NCBI GenBank assembly: GCA_964016885.1
Contig: OZ024740.1
Coordinates: 127,906,001 to 127,970,000 of the forward strand
Length of the DNA stretch: 64,000 nucleotides
Direction of reading: 5' to 3'
Source of the DNA: Eledone cirrhosa
Lineage: Eukaryota
The translations under genes were made by a program, and so were the position numbers. The notes under the pieces are model-generated. The model was not told the origin of the DNA. It was given only the letters and a program-made list of their open reading frames with translations, and made no database searches. Below are positions 14,470 through 27,800 of the stretch, one piece after another (position 1 is the first letter of the stretch; the number at the start of each line of letters is the position of its first letter).

Positions 14470-17400
14470 TTACAGACACATACTGAGAGTAGGCCCATTC
14501 ACTCGGGCCATACTTGCTTCTCTCACCCATCTTTCTACAAAACGCTGTGAAGAGAGCACTTCCCTCTCTACCCTGATTTTCCTTTTCAAATGAAATTTGA
14601 AAAAGTTAATCAGGGCATCACCGAAGAGATAATTGCTCGTCTTCAGCCCTTTCAAACGTGTCCACCATACTATCTCTTTCGCCATGGCCACCAGACAGAT
14701 ACAAACTGCCTGCCCTTCCCGGCTAAAGGAAGAGGGCGGGGAAATCCTCACGTGGACTCAGCTGATAGCTGGATCCGTCCTACACGTGACAGCAGGTGTT
14801 CGACATAAACCCACAAGTCAGCAATGCTCGGACACTGGACGAGTGCGTGCAGGACGGTTTCGTCGCCCTGCGCGCATTTCGGACATTCCCGGCTGACGGC
14901 ACCTCCATGCCTGTAGAGTTTATCCCGAACTGGCAAAGCTCCTCGGTAGCACTGCCAGGCCAGGGATTTCTGGAAGTTGTCCATAGGACCCCGCCCGAAA
15001 GTCCTTCCGAAGAGATTGGCTAGTTGATTTTCGTTGACGCCTAGAGTTTCTCCAAGTACGTCGTCGCTCTTACCCTCCACTAATGCTCTATAGAACGCCA
15101 AGGTGGAGTTACCACCGATCACATTGCCCGATTGGTCGAGGGCTGTGAGCGCCTGAAGACATTCCAGTCTCCAAGCGCTCCCACTCGGTCTTCGCTTGAC
15201 CCAGGACTGCAGCTCAGTCAAGGAGACGAGCTGGGCAAAGACGTGTCTAGCAAACGGCGACCACACCTGATCACCGTCGAGGAAGAGGTGGAGATGTGGT
15301 AGCCTGAGCGCGTGTCTGCGCATCATCAGCCACGGCATTTCCAGCCCTCCACGTAGCGGGTGTTAACAGCAGATGGACCGCCTGACCATCGGAGCGCGTC
15401 CCTTCTTCCACAAAAATCGAAAGAGCAAACGCTCCAGCGCAGTCAGGCGGGGCTTAGAACATGGTACGACGGTCAGGCGGTAGTAGATGACGGATGCGAT
15501 ATACGCGTTAGCCACCTCCGCTCGACCTTTCAGGGATAGCTTCCTCTCTGCTCATTTATGGGTGAGAGAAGCCACCCTGATCGTCACCTCGTCCCAGTTT
15601 TTATCCGTCTGGATGTCCGGACCGAACCAGACCAGTGGAATTTAACTGGTCCGTCCGTCCAGCGCCCGACGACGCTGTTAGACGGTGTGGACCTGCCTCT
15701 CCAAGTGCCGAGCTGCAGGCCCACTGACTTTTCCTGGTTGATCATAGCTCCTGTCACCGCTTCGTATTCTCTTAGTGTAGTGCCAATCGCCTCGATGTGT
15801 TTGGCGTTCGACACCAATACGGTGACATCGTCCACATATGCTGAAACGGATCTTCCTGATCCTAGCTCGCGCGGGACTCCCCTCATCATCTCGAGTTTGT
15901 GCAGTAATGGCTCGAGAGTCAATACGTACAAGAGGGACGAGAGGGGACATCCTTGGCGGACCGAATGCATGATGTTGAACGGTTGCGAAGGTGACCCTTC
16001 ACTCTCACCACAGAGCTATGCATGGCAGCGATCCAGCCTCTGAAGACGTGCCCAAAGCCAGCCGCCCTCAGGACTGCCGCTAGGTAACGATGGTCGACGC
16101 TATCGAATGCTTTCGACTGATCTAAATTGATCAAGGACCCACTCGTGCCAGGTTCCCTAGCTACCCTCTCTACGATGTATCGCATGAGGTGGAGGTTGTC
16201 GTGGATGGATCTGTCGGGAATGGGGCACGTCTGCGCCTCTCCCACCAGACCACCAACGACAAGCGCCAACCTCTTTGCTAGCACCTTGGCCAAAATCTTG
16301 AACTCTTTGTTTAGCAGAGTTAATGGCCTGAAATTATCTATGTTATCCCCCCTGTTCGGATCCTTTCTCAGCAGCGCCACAGCTCCTCGGGTCACAGAGC
16401 TGGGAATTCTCCCGTTCTGTTGCCAGTTGCAGTAGACATCCGCCAAGAGGCCTCCGAACAAGTCTGACATCTGTACGTAAAGTTCATAGGGCAGACCATC
16501 CAAACCAGGCGATTTACCCTTGTGCAGCCAGTCATTGCCTCCCGTACTTTAGCGGCTGTTATCGGCTTTTCGCAACACTCCGCGTCAGTGGCCGAGAGCC
16601 GGGGCAGTCCGTCGATATAGACACTAAAGTCCATCACTTGATCCGATCCACCAAAGCCCGTATCGTGGCTTTGTTGCCACGACGCGCCACCGCCACTCGG
16701 GCCCATTGAACGGCGTTCGTCCCCTCGTGTCTAAGTGCACGCACCCTAGCTCTGACAACGCAGCCTTTTGAGCTTTGCCTTGAAGAATTGGTCAAGGACC
16801 AATTTCGCCGCAAGTACGTCGGTCGCGATTCCTTTGCAAAGCGCCTCGTTAAATTTTCTACTAGTTCTCCCTCTGTTCTATTTTTCTCTATTGCTAAAGC
16901 CTTACTAAACCTAATGGATTCTATTCTAATCGCTCTTTTCAGAGCAAACCACCACTTGTTGTTGACGATGGCCCCAGTCAACGCCCGCTTAACTAGTTCG
17001 CTAATCCGGTCTCTGTAGGCCTTGCGCGCTGGTAAGGACGCGTTTAGCTTCCAGTAGCCGGGTCCTCGTCTATGAAGCCAATCTAAGTCAAGCACACAGA
17101 TCTCGAATTTGTGTTCCGTGTAGCTGACTATCTTGAATTGTGGACAGCCTATGCTAGACCTATCTATTTCCTTACAAAATACTCTATCTAGATATGATCT
17201 GTATGACCCTATACGATTTGTCCAAGTCCACATTGGAACATTCGGGAAATCTAATCGGTACCTGTCAGACAGTTCAAAACGCTTGAGCAGGTTGGTGAGG
17301 CTCTTGCACCCTCCACCCCTATCCGCTAATCCCACACAGTCCCAGCGTGCATCTAAGATCCTGTTCCCGTCGCCCACTAACACTAAAGAGCGGGACGTTC

Positions 17401-17790
17401 CAAGAAAGGTCTCCAGTCGCCGGAAGAAATCAGGCCGCCCTGTTCCTGTCGGGCATAGACAGCCACTAGCCTGAAAGCTTGCCCATCTCCGCTGGTCACG
17501 TCCAGCACCACCAACGTACCCTCTGGGTCCAGGAAGATGGCCCGTATGGCGAGTTCCAAACCTCTCCGAAAAAGCACAGCAACTCCTCCCTCCGATCCAG
17601 GACGGCTGGGAGATTCGTACACATCGTAGCCGCCGAAGATCGGTGCGAAGGCCCGTGCTTCGGAGATTCTGGTCTCGCTGATGGCCACTACATCTATGTT
17701 TAGTGACCTGAGGTCGTTGAGCAGGTGGCCCTGCTTCCATGACGACCCCAAGCCACGCGCATTTATGCTGCCTATTCTGAGTGAGGTCAT
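14470..17790 (-). pseudogene. Tx1-like ORF2: AP endonuclease, RT, C-terminal zinc finger (frameshifted)
   Basis: MTSLRIGSINARGL..VVAISET (APE), SYLDR, NFRPLTLLN.EFKILAK, LDQSKAFD, SVRQGCPLS, YVDD, CPKC..ETVLHALVQC. Confidence 0.88.
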
Positions 17791-17799
17791 GTTGAAATG

Positions 17800-19696
17800 G
17801 AGTGGAAAAGATGGGAAAGACCACTTACCGTACTTTTCGTAGAGGAAGGATGGTTTCTCCATCCCTTTTCACTTGATCGTCTGGTGAAGGAACCGTTAAA
17901 TCGTCCCTTCGGCTGGTCGTCGGCTCTTCTATGAGTATGTCCGAATATACTCTCCGGTTGAGAGTCCCTCCTAGGTCTCTCTGAAATCACCAACTGCGTT
18001 GGGGAATTTCGTTTTAATGTTTGTGTATTGTTTCTGTGCTATTTTTACCAGTCTTATGTTCGTTGGCGTTTTGATTGGTGCTAGTATTATGTAGTCGGGC
18101 TGTGAAATGTCTGTGTGTTCAATTATCTAAGTCATTAGTTTCTTGTTGTGTGTATTTATTGCTATGCATTTTTTATCTGGGCGTGGGGTGTGGTTCTGCT
18201 ATTTTCTTGTTGTTGTTGCTGGGTGCGTGTGTTTTGTTGTTGTGTTTGCGATGTTGGTGCTTGTGGTGGTGGTGTTGAAGGTGTTGTTGTTGTTGTTGGC
18301 GGTGGGGTTGTCGCCGGTGGTGATGGTGGTGCTAGTGTGGGTGGTGATGGTGTTGGTGGTGTTGCTGCTGTGAGTCTCTTTGCCGTAGCCTTTACCTTTT
18401 TTTCATTACTCTCCTCCCTTTTCGAACGCGACGATGCGCTGCTTCTGCGTTTGTGCCTCCTTGCGACCTTTTGCCATCCCTCTCCCATTCACACTCCATG
18501 TCTGATTCTGTGAGGTCGGGGAGGGGTACCAGTTCCACTCTTTCACTTGTTGTTGTTGGTGATGTTTGCAGTGGAGTCTCTGTTGCAACTGCAGTTGGTA
18601 TTACTGTTGTTGTTGTTAATACTTCCACTGCTGCTGCTGTTCTTGATTTCCGTGGCGTCGGTATGGGTGCCATGGACCTATCGTTCCTGGTTGCCGCTTG
18701 TCCTGCTGCTGGTAGCAGTGGAGCCGGTTTCGGAAGAAGGGGGTTTTCTCCTTTCTCAGGGTCTTCTAGTTGCAGGAGCCCCTGAGGTGAGTCTTCGATC
18801 CACAACGAAAGCATTTCGGGCGTTTGCCCTCAACACTTATGGGCAGTTGAGTGCCGTTATCGAAGTCTATCACATCCGGGATAGCTTCGATGCAATCCTG
18901 GTTGGTTTGGATTAACATCTCAATGGAGGTGCCGACCCAATCTTCTCTTACTTTTTTCTGTACTTGCAGTACAGTTGTTTTGTCCTCGATTCCGACGAGG
19001 ACAGACGCGGCCAGCCAAGAAGGGGCCATCCCGGGGAGGGGGTTGGGTCAGTTTGACCCTCACAATTTTTTGCCCGCAGTAGGAGGGCAGCAACAGCATT
19101 TCCTCGCTCCTTAGGGTCACTAAGGATTGAGCCTTTGCCTCCTGGGGTGTGGCAAAAAGCACGTCTACGGTGGCATATTTCTTGCCTCGTGTGATATGCG
19201 TTTTCCGCTGCCACACAGACCCTAAGGCTTTTTGTATTTGAGCCTCTGTGGCTCTTTCAACACTACGGGATTGTGTGCTTACTGTACACTGCTGTTGGGT
19301 TTCGAAACATTTTTCGGCTGCCTTGCAGATTGCTCGGTGTCCAATTTTCGTGACCATCTTCTTTGCTTCCTTTAATTCCTCATTTGTAATGAGGATGGTT
19401 TCCAGATTCTTTGCGATACCTGCAAACGCGATTGGTTTTTATTTGCTGCTGTTGTTGTTGTTGTCGTCAGAGCTGCTGTTACTTTTGTTGTTGCTGCAGG
19501 TACTACGACTACTGCCGCCGCCGCTGTTGCTGTGGTTGTTGTTGTTGTTGCTGCTGCTGCTGCTGTTGTTGTTGCTGTTGCTGCTAATGCTGTTGTTGTT
19601 TATGCTGCTACTGATGCTGTTGCGGCTGCTACTGTTGTTTTCCTTGTCACTGTTGCTGCTGCTATTGTTATTACGGCTGCTACTGCTATTATTCAT
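17800..19696 (-). pseudogene. Tx1-like ORF1 with CCHC zinc knuckle and low-complexity N/S and T/P tracts
   Basis: CFRCGSKTHLRGSC (CX2CX4HX4C) near 18770-18815; upstream RRM-like segment KKYATVDVLF; frameshifted. Confidence 0.7.
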
Positions 19697-20149
19697 GACG
19701 TCAGACGAAGAAGTGGGTTTTCATATTTACCGCACACCTTTTTCGTCCTTGTCGTCGTCGTGGTGAAATGTTCCATGTTTTGCACATGATTTTGGAAACT
19801 ATTTTTCTATACTGGCGTTGCTTGCGAAAGAGAAGGGAGGGAGAGAGACAATCTTCTCTCTGCCGTAGTGACGATTGAGGAAGAAGAAGACAGAATGAGT
19901 GGGAGTGACTTGTGAAAATTCTTTTTCGTAGCCATGTTTTTTTTGGTTTAAAATAAATATTGGGCACAAAACCCCAATAAGCGATTATTTAACCCCGAAG
20001 GGCCAAATAACGGGCAGAAAGACCCCTCTCACGAGGAGGAGGGTGTTTTTGTCTACAGTTTGGTTAAAATTGTAAACAATTTACCATTGTTATAGCGGTC
20101 AAAATTTACAATACCGTACAGAGCCGAGCCTCCGTCAACCATGGCATTC

Positions 20150-20202
<53 letters not shown>
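20150..20202 (+). repeat. (TAA)n target microsatellite remnant
   Basis: Pure TAA run between the Tx1 5' end and family A copy 3. Confidence 0.95.
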
Positions 20203-20203
<1 letters not shown>

Positions 20204-22337
20204 CAGGGCAAGGACAAACAACAGAGGGGACAGGCTATCTCCCTGGAAGATACCTCTCTTGATCTTCACGCTTCCCAAGGATACTCCAGTTGATGTCAAC
20301 TCTGTCTCCCAGGACCCCATACTCCTGCCTAGCAACTGTCTGATGTTATCTGCCACCCTGAAGATCTCCAGGCTTTTGGTGATCCAGGAATGAGGCACCA
20401 TGTCAAATGCCTTTCTGTAGTCTATCCATTACCATCTTATCCATTACCATCTTATCAATAAGCAACTGGTCCTTTGTACCACGTGACTTCTTTCGGCATC
20501 CTTTCTGTTCGTCCGGTAACAAGTTGTTTGTGTGGAGGTGATGGTAGATTTCCTCAGACACAATGCTCGTCAACAGTTTCCACATTACGGGCAGACATGT
20601 GATAGGTCTATAGTTGGTAGCATCATTACCCTTGATTCGGTCTTTCATTATCAGAACTGTGGTACCTTTTGTCAACCACCCTGGCACCTCACCCGACACC
20701 AAGCAGTCCCTTGACCATTATGCTGCGAAAAGTGAGAGCAGGATACAAGTTGGGAAGGGGAGAGCTTACCATCAATCACCTCCTCTTCATGGACGATCTT
20801 AAGCTCTTCGGGAAAAGTGAGAAGGAGTTGGATGTGCTTGTTGACACTGTCCGTATTTTCAGCAGTGATATATGTATGCAGTTTGGTATTGGTAAATGTG
20901 GAGTCATTGTGATGAAGAGGGGTAGGTTGAGCAGAAGTAACGGGATCCAGATACCAACAGGTGAGATGATAAAGGAAATTGACTCTGAGGAAGGATACAA
21001 GTATTTGGGCGTTCTGGAGGCTGATGGCATAAAGAACAAAAAAATGAAGGAATTGTTAAGAACTGAATACATTCGGAGAGTAAGGAGCGTATTGAAGTCA
21101 CATCTGAACAGCAGAAATGCCATAAGCGCAGTAAATTCCCGAGCTGTGTCTATTATTAGGTACAGTGCGGGAATTCTGAGATGGAATGTTGCTGAACAAA
21201 AAGAAATGGATAGGAAGACTAGGAAGCTATTGACTATCTACAACATGTTCCACAGGAGGAGTGATGTCGATAGACTCTACCTAAGGAGATGTGAGGGTGG
21301 AAGAGGTCTTATCAGCATAGAGGACTGTGTTCAGACGGAGAAAAACAACCTATACAAATACGTGACCTATAGTAAGGAGCCAATGCTCAGAACTGTACTG
21401 AAGGAGGGGACAGTAGGCCAGGGGATGTCCAGGGAGGAAATAACATCAAGGAGGAAGAGCAGCCTTAAGGGAAAATCCCTTCATAGTACCTTCTTTGAGA
21501 AAACTGAATTTAGAGATCCACAGACATGGAACTGGTTGAGAAGAGGAGACCTCAAAAAGGCTACAGAAGGAATGCTAATGGCTGCGCAGGAGCAGGCCCT
21601 CAAAACGATGTGGTTGAAGCACCATATCTACAAGGAGGAGGCTAGCCCACTGTGCAGGATCTGTGGAGAGAGAGAGGAGACTGTGGCTCACATTGTGTCC
21701 GAGTGTAAACACCTAGCCCAGACCCACTATAAGAGCTGGAGACACGATGTGATGGGCAGGGTGATCCACTGGCACCTGTGCAAAGTAAACAATCTACCAC
21801 ATTCTGAGAAATGGTATGAGCATAGGCCAGAGGCGGTGATGGAGAACAATCAGATGAAGGTGCTGTGGGATTTTAGGATACAGACGGACAAAAAACTGGA
21901 ACACAATAGATCTGACCTGGTGGTTGTGGACAAAGAAAAAAGATCGTGCCTGATTGTGGATATGGCCTTCCCGTTCGACACGAGAGTGCAAGAGAAGGAG
22001 AGGGAGAAAATTAACCGATACCAGGACCTAAAGTGGGAGGTGAAAAGGATTTGGAACTGCCATGAAGTCAAAGTGATCCCGATTGTCATAGGCGCACTGG
22101 GGCCTATCTCCAAAAGTTTCCAGGGATGGTTAAAGAAAATCGGCCCCTTCACGCTTTTTGGAACGCTTCAAAAGGCATGCTTGCTTGGAACAGCAAGAAC
22201 CCTCCGATACGTCCTGAATATCTGAGGCTGCAGGTAGTGGCTTGATATTCAATCCAACGGACTTTCCAGTTAACCAACATCAATGACTGAGATTCAAGGA
22301 ATAACAATAACAATAATAATAATAATAATAATAATAA
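20202..22337 (+). mobile_element. Family A copy 3, 5'-truncated with a 5' inversion (20202-20708 on minus)
   Basis: The inverted RT segment is the part immediately upstream of the forward segment starting at 20708; forward ORF open to 22225; (TAA)n tail. Confidence 0.9.
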
Positions 22338-24820
22338 TGTTCGACAACATGTTCGACAACAACCAGAAGATGCTGTTTGGACAGCTTGAGGGGAAAGAAA
22401 GAGGCAACGACTTGATCCCTGGGGCGGAGCAAACTAAAACATTCTGGAGAGGAATATGGGAGCAGGATGTTAGACACAATGCCCAGGCAGGGTGGATTGA
22501 GACAGTACAGAGGGAGATCGGTGAGCAGGCACAACAACAAACTGATTTGAGTATCACAGGTGAAACTCTTAAGGGGCAGGCCAAAAAACTAACCAACTGG
22601 AAATCACCAGGCCCAGATGGTGTGCAGGGGTATTGGATTAAACATTTAACATCCCTCCACCCGAAGCTGACGGCCATGTTCAATGACTGCTTGGTGTCGG
22701 GTGAGGTGCCAGAGTGGTTGACAAAAGGTACCACAGTTCTGATAATGAAAGACCGAATCAAGGGTAATGATGTTACCAACTATAGACCTATCACATGTCT
22801 GTCCGTAATGTGGAAACTGTTGACGAGCATTGTGTCTGAGGAAATCTACCATCACCTCCACACAAACAACTTGTTACCGGACGAACAGAAAGGATGCCGA
22901 AAGAAGTCACGTGGTACAAAGGACCAGTTACTTATTGATAAGATGGTAATGGGGAATTGCAGGAGGAGACACACTGATCTTGCCATGGGATGGATAGACT
23001 ACAGAAAGGCATTTGACATGGTGCCTCATTCCTGGATCACCAAAAGCCTGGAGATCTTCAGGGTGGCAGATAACATCAGACAGTTGCTAGGCAGGAGTAT
23101 GGGGTCCTGGGAGACAGAGTTGACATCAACTGGAGTATCCTTGGGAAGCGTGAAGATCAAGAGAGGTATCTTCCAGGGAGATAGACTGTCCCCTCTGTTG
23201 TTTGTCCTTGCCCTGATGCCCTTGACCATTATGCTGCGAAAAGTGAGAGCAGGATACAAGTTGGGAAGGGGAGAGCTTACCATCAATCACCTCCTCTTCA
23301 TGGACGATCTTAAGCTCTTCGGGAAAAGTGAGAAGGAGTTGGATGTGCTTGTTGACACTGTCCGTATTTTCAGCAGTGATATATGTATGCAGTTTGGTAT
23401 TGGTAAATGTGGAGTCATTGTGATGAAGAGGGGTAGGTTGAGCAGAAGTAACGGGATCCAGATACCAACAGGTGAGATGATAAAGGAAATTGACTCTGAG
23501 GAAGGATACAAGTATTTGGGCGTTCTGGAGGCTGATGGCATAAAGAACAAAAAAATGAAGGAATTGTTAAGAACTGAATACATTCGGAGAGTAAGGAGCG
23601 TATTGAAGTCACATCTGAACAGCAGAAATGCCATAAGCGCAGTAAATTCCCGAGCTGTGTCTATTATTAGGTACAGTGCGGGAATTCTGAGATGGAATGT
23701 TGCTGAACAAAAAGAAATGGATAGGAAGACTAGGAAGCTATTGACTATCTACAACATGTTCCACAAGAGGAGTGATGTCGATAGACTCTACCTAAGGAGA
23801 TCTGAGGGTGGAAGAGGTCTTATCAGCATAGAGGACTGTGTTCAGATGGAGAAAAACAACCTATACAAATACGTGACCTATAGTAAGGAGCCAATGCTCA
23901 GAACTGTACTGAAGGAGGGGACAGTAGGCCAGGGGATGTCCAAGGAGGAAATAACATCAAGGAGGAAGAGCAGCCTTAAGGGAAAATCCCTTCATAGTAC
24001 CTTCTTTGAGAAAACTGAATTTAGAGATCCACAGACATGGAACTGGTTGAGAAGAGGAGACCTCAAAAAGGCTACAGAAGGAATGCTAATGGCTGCGCAG
24101 GAGCAGGCCCTCAAAACGAAGTGGTTGAAGCACCATATCTACAAGGAGGAGGCTAGCCCACTGTGCAGGATCTGTGGATAGAGAGAGGAGACTGTGGCTC
24201 ACATTGTGTCCGAGTGTAAACACCTAGCCCAGACCCACTATAAGGGCTGGAGACACGATGTGATGGGCAGGGTGATCCACTGGCACCTGTGCAAAGTAAA
24301 CAATTTACCACATTCTGAGAAATGGTATGAGCATAGGCCAGAGGCGGTGATGGAGAACAATCAGGTGAAGGTGCTGTGGGATTTTAGGATACAGACGGAC
24401 AAAAAAACTGGAACACAATAGACCTGACCTGGTGGTTGTGGACAAAGAAAAAAGATCGTGTCTGATTGTGGATGTGGCCTGCCCGTTCGACACGAGAGTG
24501 CAAGAGAAGGAGAGGGAGAAAATTAACCGATACCAGGACCTAAAGTGGGAGGTGAAAAGGATTTGGAACTGCCATGAAGTCAAAGTGATCCCGATTGTCA
24601 TAGGCGCACTGGGGCCTATCTCCAAAAGTTTCCAGGGATGGTTAAAGAAAATCGGCCCCTTCACGCTTTTTGGAACGCTTCAAAAGGCATGCTTGCTTGG
24701 AACAGCAAGAACCCTCCGATACGTCCTGAATATCTGAGGCTGCAGGTAGTGGCTTGATATTCAATCCAACGGACTTTCCAGTTAACCAACATCAATGACT
24801 GAGATTCAAGGAATAACAAC

Positions 24821-24866
<46 letters not shown>
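22337..24866 (+). mobile_element. Family A copy 4, 5'-truncated
   Basis: ORF to 24181 (stop within the zinc finger), frameshift near 24410, long (TAA)n tail 24812-24866. Confidence 0.9.
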
Positions 24867-24867
<1 letters not shown>

Positions 24868-27800
24868 GAAGAAGAAGAAGACGCACGAGGTGGTAGAACG
24901 TCACGAATTTGCTCCCGTAAGTTTTTTGATTTTTAACATATTTAAATCAATTGTGAAAGAACAATTCTTAGCACAAATGTTGCATAAAGGCACCGAATGA
25001 GGTCCCATAAAGTTTCGGATCCATATTATATTGTTGTATCCATATTATATTGTTGTATCGCTCAAATATTCAATTTTGTATGATATATTTTGTATTCAAA
25101 AACAGAAAATGGTTATAAATGGAACAAAACACCCTGTCTACACTATATAGAACAGCGGCAATTTCAATTTCACCAACACCAGAAACTTGATACACTACCT
25201 ATCCCATCACACTAAATATAACGGCAACTTCACCGGCATCATAATAATAATTACTATTATTATTGTCTCAAATTTAAAAAAATGTTTAATTCAAATTTTA
25301 CGGGAATATGTCAACACAAAATATAATGAAAATATATATTAAACATACGAACACAAACTCATAGATACTATATCAGTAACCACAACACCACCGCTGCCAC
25401 CATTCCACCACATCCATCATCGCCGCCACCACTCATTCAATGCTACTGACACTATTCCCCTGTTAACTTGAGAGAGAAAAGGGAAGGTGGTGGTAGCACT
25501 AGACAAGAGAGAGGCTAGCAAAAGATATAAATAGATTGACTTGGTGACCTTGCCACGGACAAACGTCTACATCAACAATTATGGGACTGCTGGCTCACCC
25601 CTTCCTCACCAACAATATAAAAAGCCCCGGCACCACCACCGACATAGCCAGCAGCAATAACAGCCAACTACAACAAAAAGTATATTATATTATTGTAATG
25701 CACTGGGTGATTGCTGGCCTTGTCCCTGGAGTGGAGACAATTATTAATAATTTCATTCTTAAGCCACGCAATGCTCACATTAAGGAACCACTCATGATAA
25801 TAACAATTTAAAAAAAAACAACAAAAATAAAACCCCGTGACCAAGAAATACCGGGATGGCGGCCGGCGGGGAATAGCCATGTCTCTAGGGGAGAACGACC
25901 CCTCTAGTCTTGGTTGACACTCGTTCTAGAAGTGGTAACACGAAAAGATTACCCCTTGGCGGATAAGGATAAAACGCGACAAAATAAAGTAGATGTCTAA
26001 TGATGAAATCTCATACCGGATCGGCCGTCACCCGGGTAAAAAAGGGCCGCGTCCCTCAGAGAGGAACCAGACTGGGGTCGAAAAATCAGCTAATGGTTCA
26101 AACCTTCCCATCACTTCGGAGCTGGAGACCTCCCATAACCGGAATACTCCTACTGTTGGCCCTCCATGCTCACCACCAAGAAATCCAAAGAAAAAGAGAG
26201 AAAAATGGTCAAGGGAAGATAATAAAGAAGTCCTTGAGGCTTTCTATACTGCCATGTACTACCCATCAAATACATCGAATACAGAGCAAACATATATCAA
26301 CTGGAAAAAGAAACATCCCAAAAACAGAGGCTATATTGACAGTAACAAACTAGCCAATATACGAAGAAATATTGTAAGAAAAAAGTTACTAACTGATATA
26401 GAAATTGATCAGATCAAGCTAGTAGCACAAAGTCAGCGAAGGGAAAATGAAGCAAGTGTCAGTGAAAACGAGGTAAACTGTAACACTTCGAATCCCAGAG
26501 TTGGGGCGGAATCACTGGCAACAGAACAAATTAAAGAAAGGAGCGAAAAAGTGGAGGGAGTGCATGCTCAGGATGAAACTCCAAATGAAAATAATGAGAT
26601 CGTAAATGATAAAGAAATGAATGAGAATGAACTTGCCAACTTGAAGGATGAAATTATGATCGAATGGATGAAAATGAAAGAAACTGACATGGGGGAACGA
26701 GACACCCTCCCTAAGATCCAGAACTCCAAACAGAACCAAAAGATAATACACAAGACTAACATAATTCTCAAAAACATTATCATCACAAACAAAATAAACA
26801 TTACTGACTTAAATCATCTCTATTATGCATCGGCTAAAGTCACCACTCACTTATGTGGAGTGAAGATGAAAAAACAAAGGAATTCCCACAAGAAATCTAC
26901 TTGGCAAGATAACATCAATCGCCAAATAAACCTCCGATCTGACATAGAAATTTTAACAAACTATAAAGTAGGTGAACATGTTAAACAAACTAAACTTAGA
27001 AAATTGAAAAAAAAGTACAGTATAAGATCAACATGTGACATAGACATGCTGATAGAAACAATCAAGCAAAAAGTGTCGGCCAAAGCTGCTCGTATAAGGC
27101 GCTTTGAAAAACGATCTAGATTCTATAAGGACAATAATATGTTCAAAAACAACCAAAGAAACTTCTACAGAAAAATTGGTAAGTCAACAATAACTGCTAA
27201 ATCAATACCACCCAAGGAGGAAGTGCAAGAATTCTGGGAAAAGATCTGGGCCGAAGAAAAAGTTCATAACATACATGCCCCATGGATAGACAGACAAATG
27301 AAAGAAACAGCTCACCTTGAAGAACAAACATGGGAAAATATAACAGTTGAACAGCTGCGCTTGGCTCTAAGAAAAACCAGCAAATGGAAATCCCCAGGAA
27401 AAGACAAAATACAAAACTTTTGGATAAATGCCTTCACAGAGTCTCATGAGCTGTTGGCCCAACTTTACAATGAAATAGTTAAGGAGCCAGAAAAGATACC
27501 ATCATGGCTAGTTAACGGCATTACATTCCTGCTACCGAAGAATGATGAGACTAACAATCCCAAAAATTACAGACCGATAACCTGCTTGACCACAATGTAT
27601 AAAATTTTAACATCAGTCCTAACTGAATACACATATGACCACCTGATAACAAATGACCTATTTCCCATTGAGCAGAAAGGGTGTAAACGAGGCTCATATG
27701 GCTGTAAGGATCAGCTTCTGGTTAACAAAATGATACTGGAAGATTGTCATAATAGACACAAAAATCTATCGATTGCTTGGATAGATTATAAAAAAGCATT

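Larger units (their letters stand above)
14222..20149 (-). mobile_element. Full-length L1/Tx1-like LINE (ORF1 + APE-RT ORF2), degenerate
   Basis: Two-ORF layout, 3' AATAAA, (TAA)n tracts on both sides. Confidence 0.88.
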
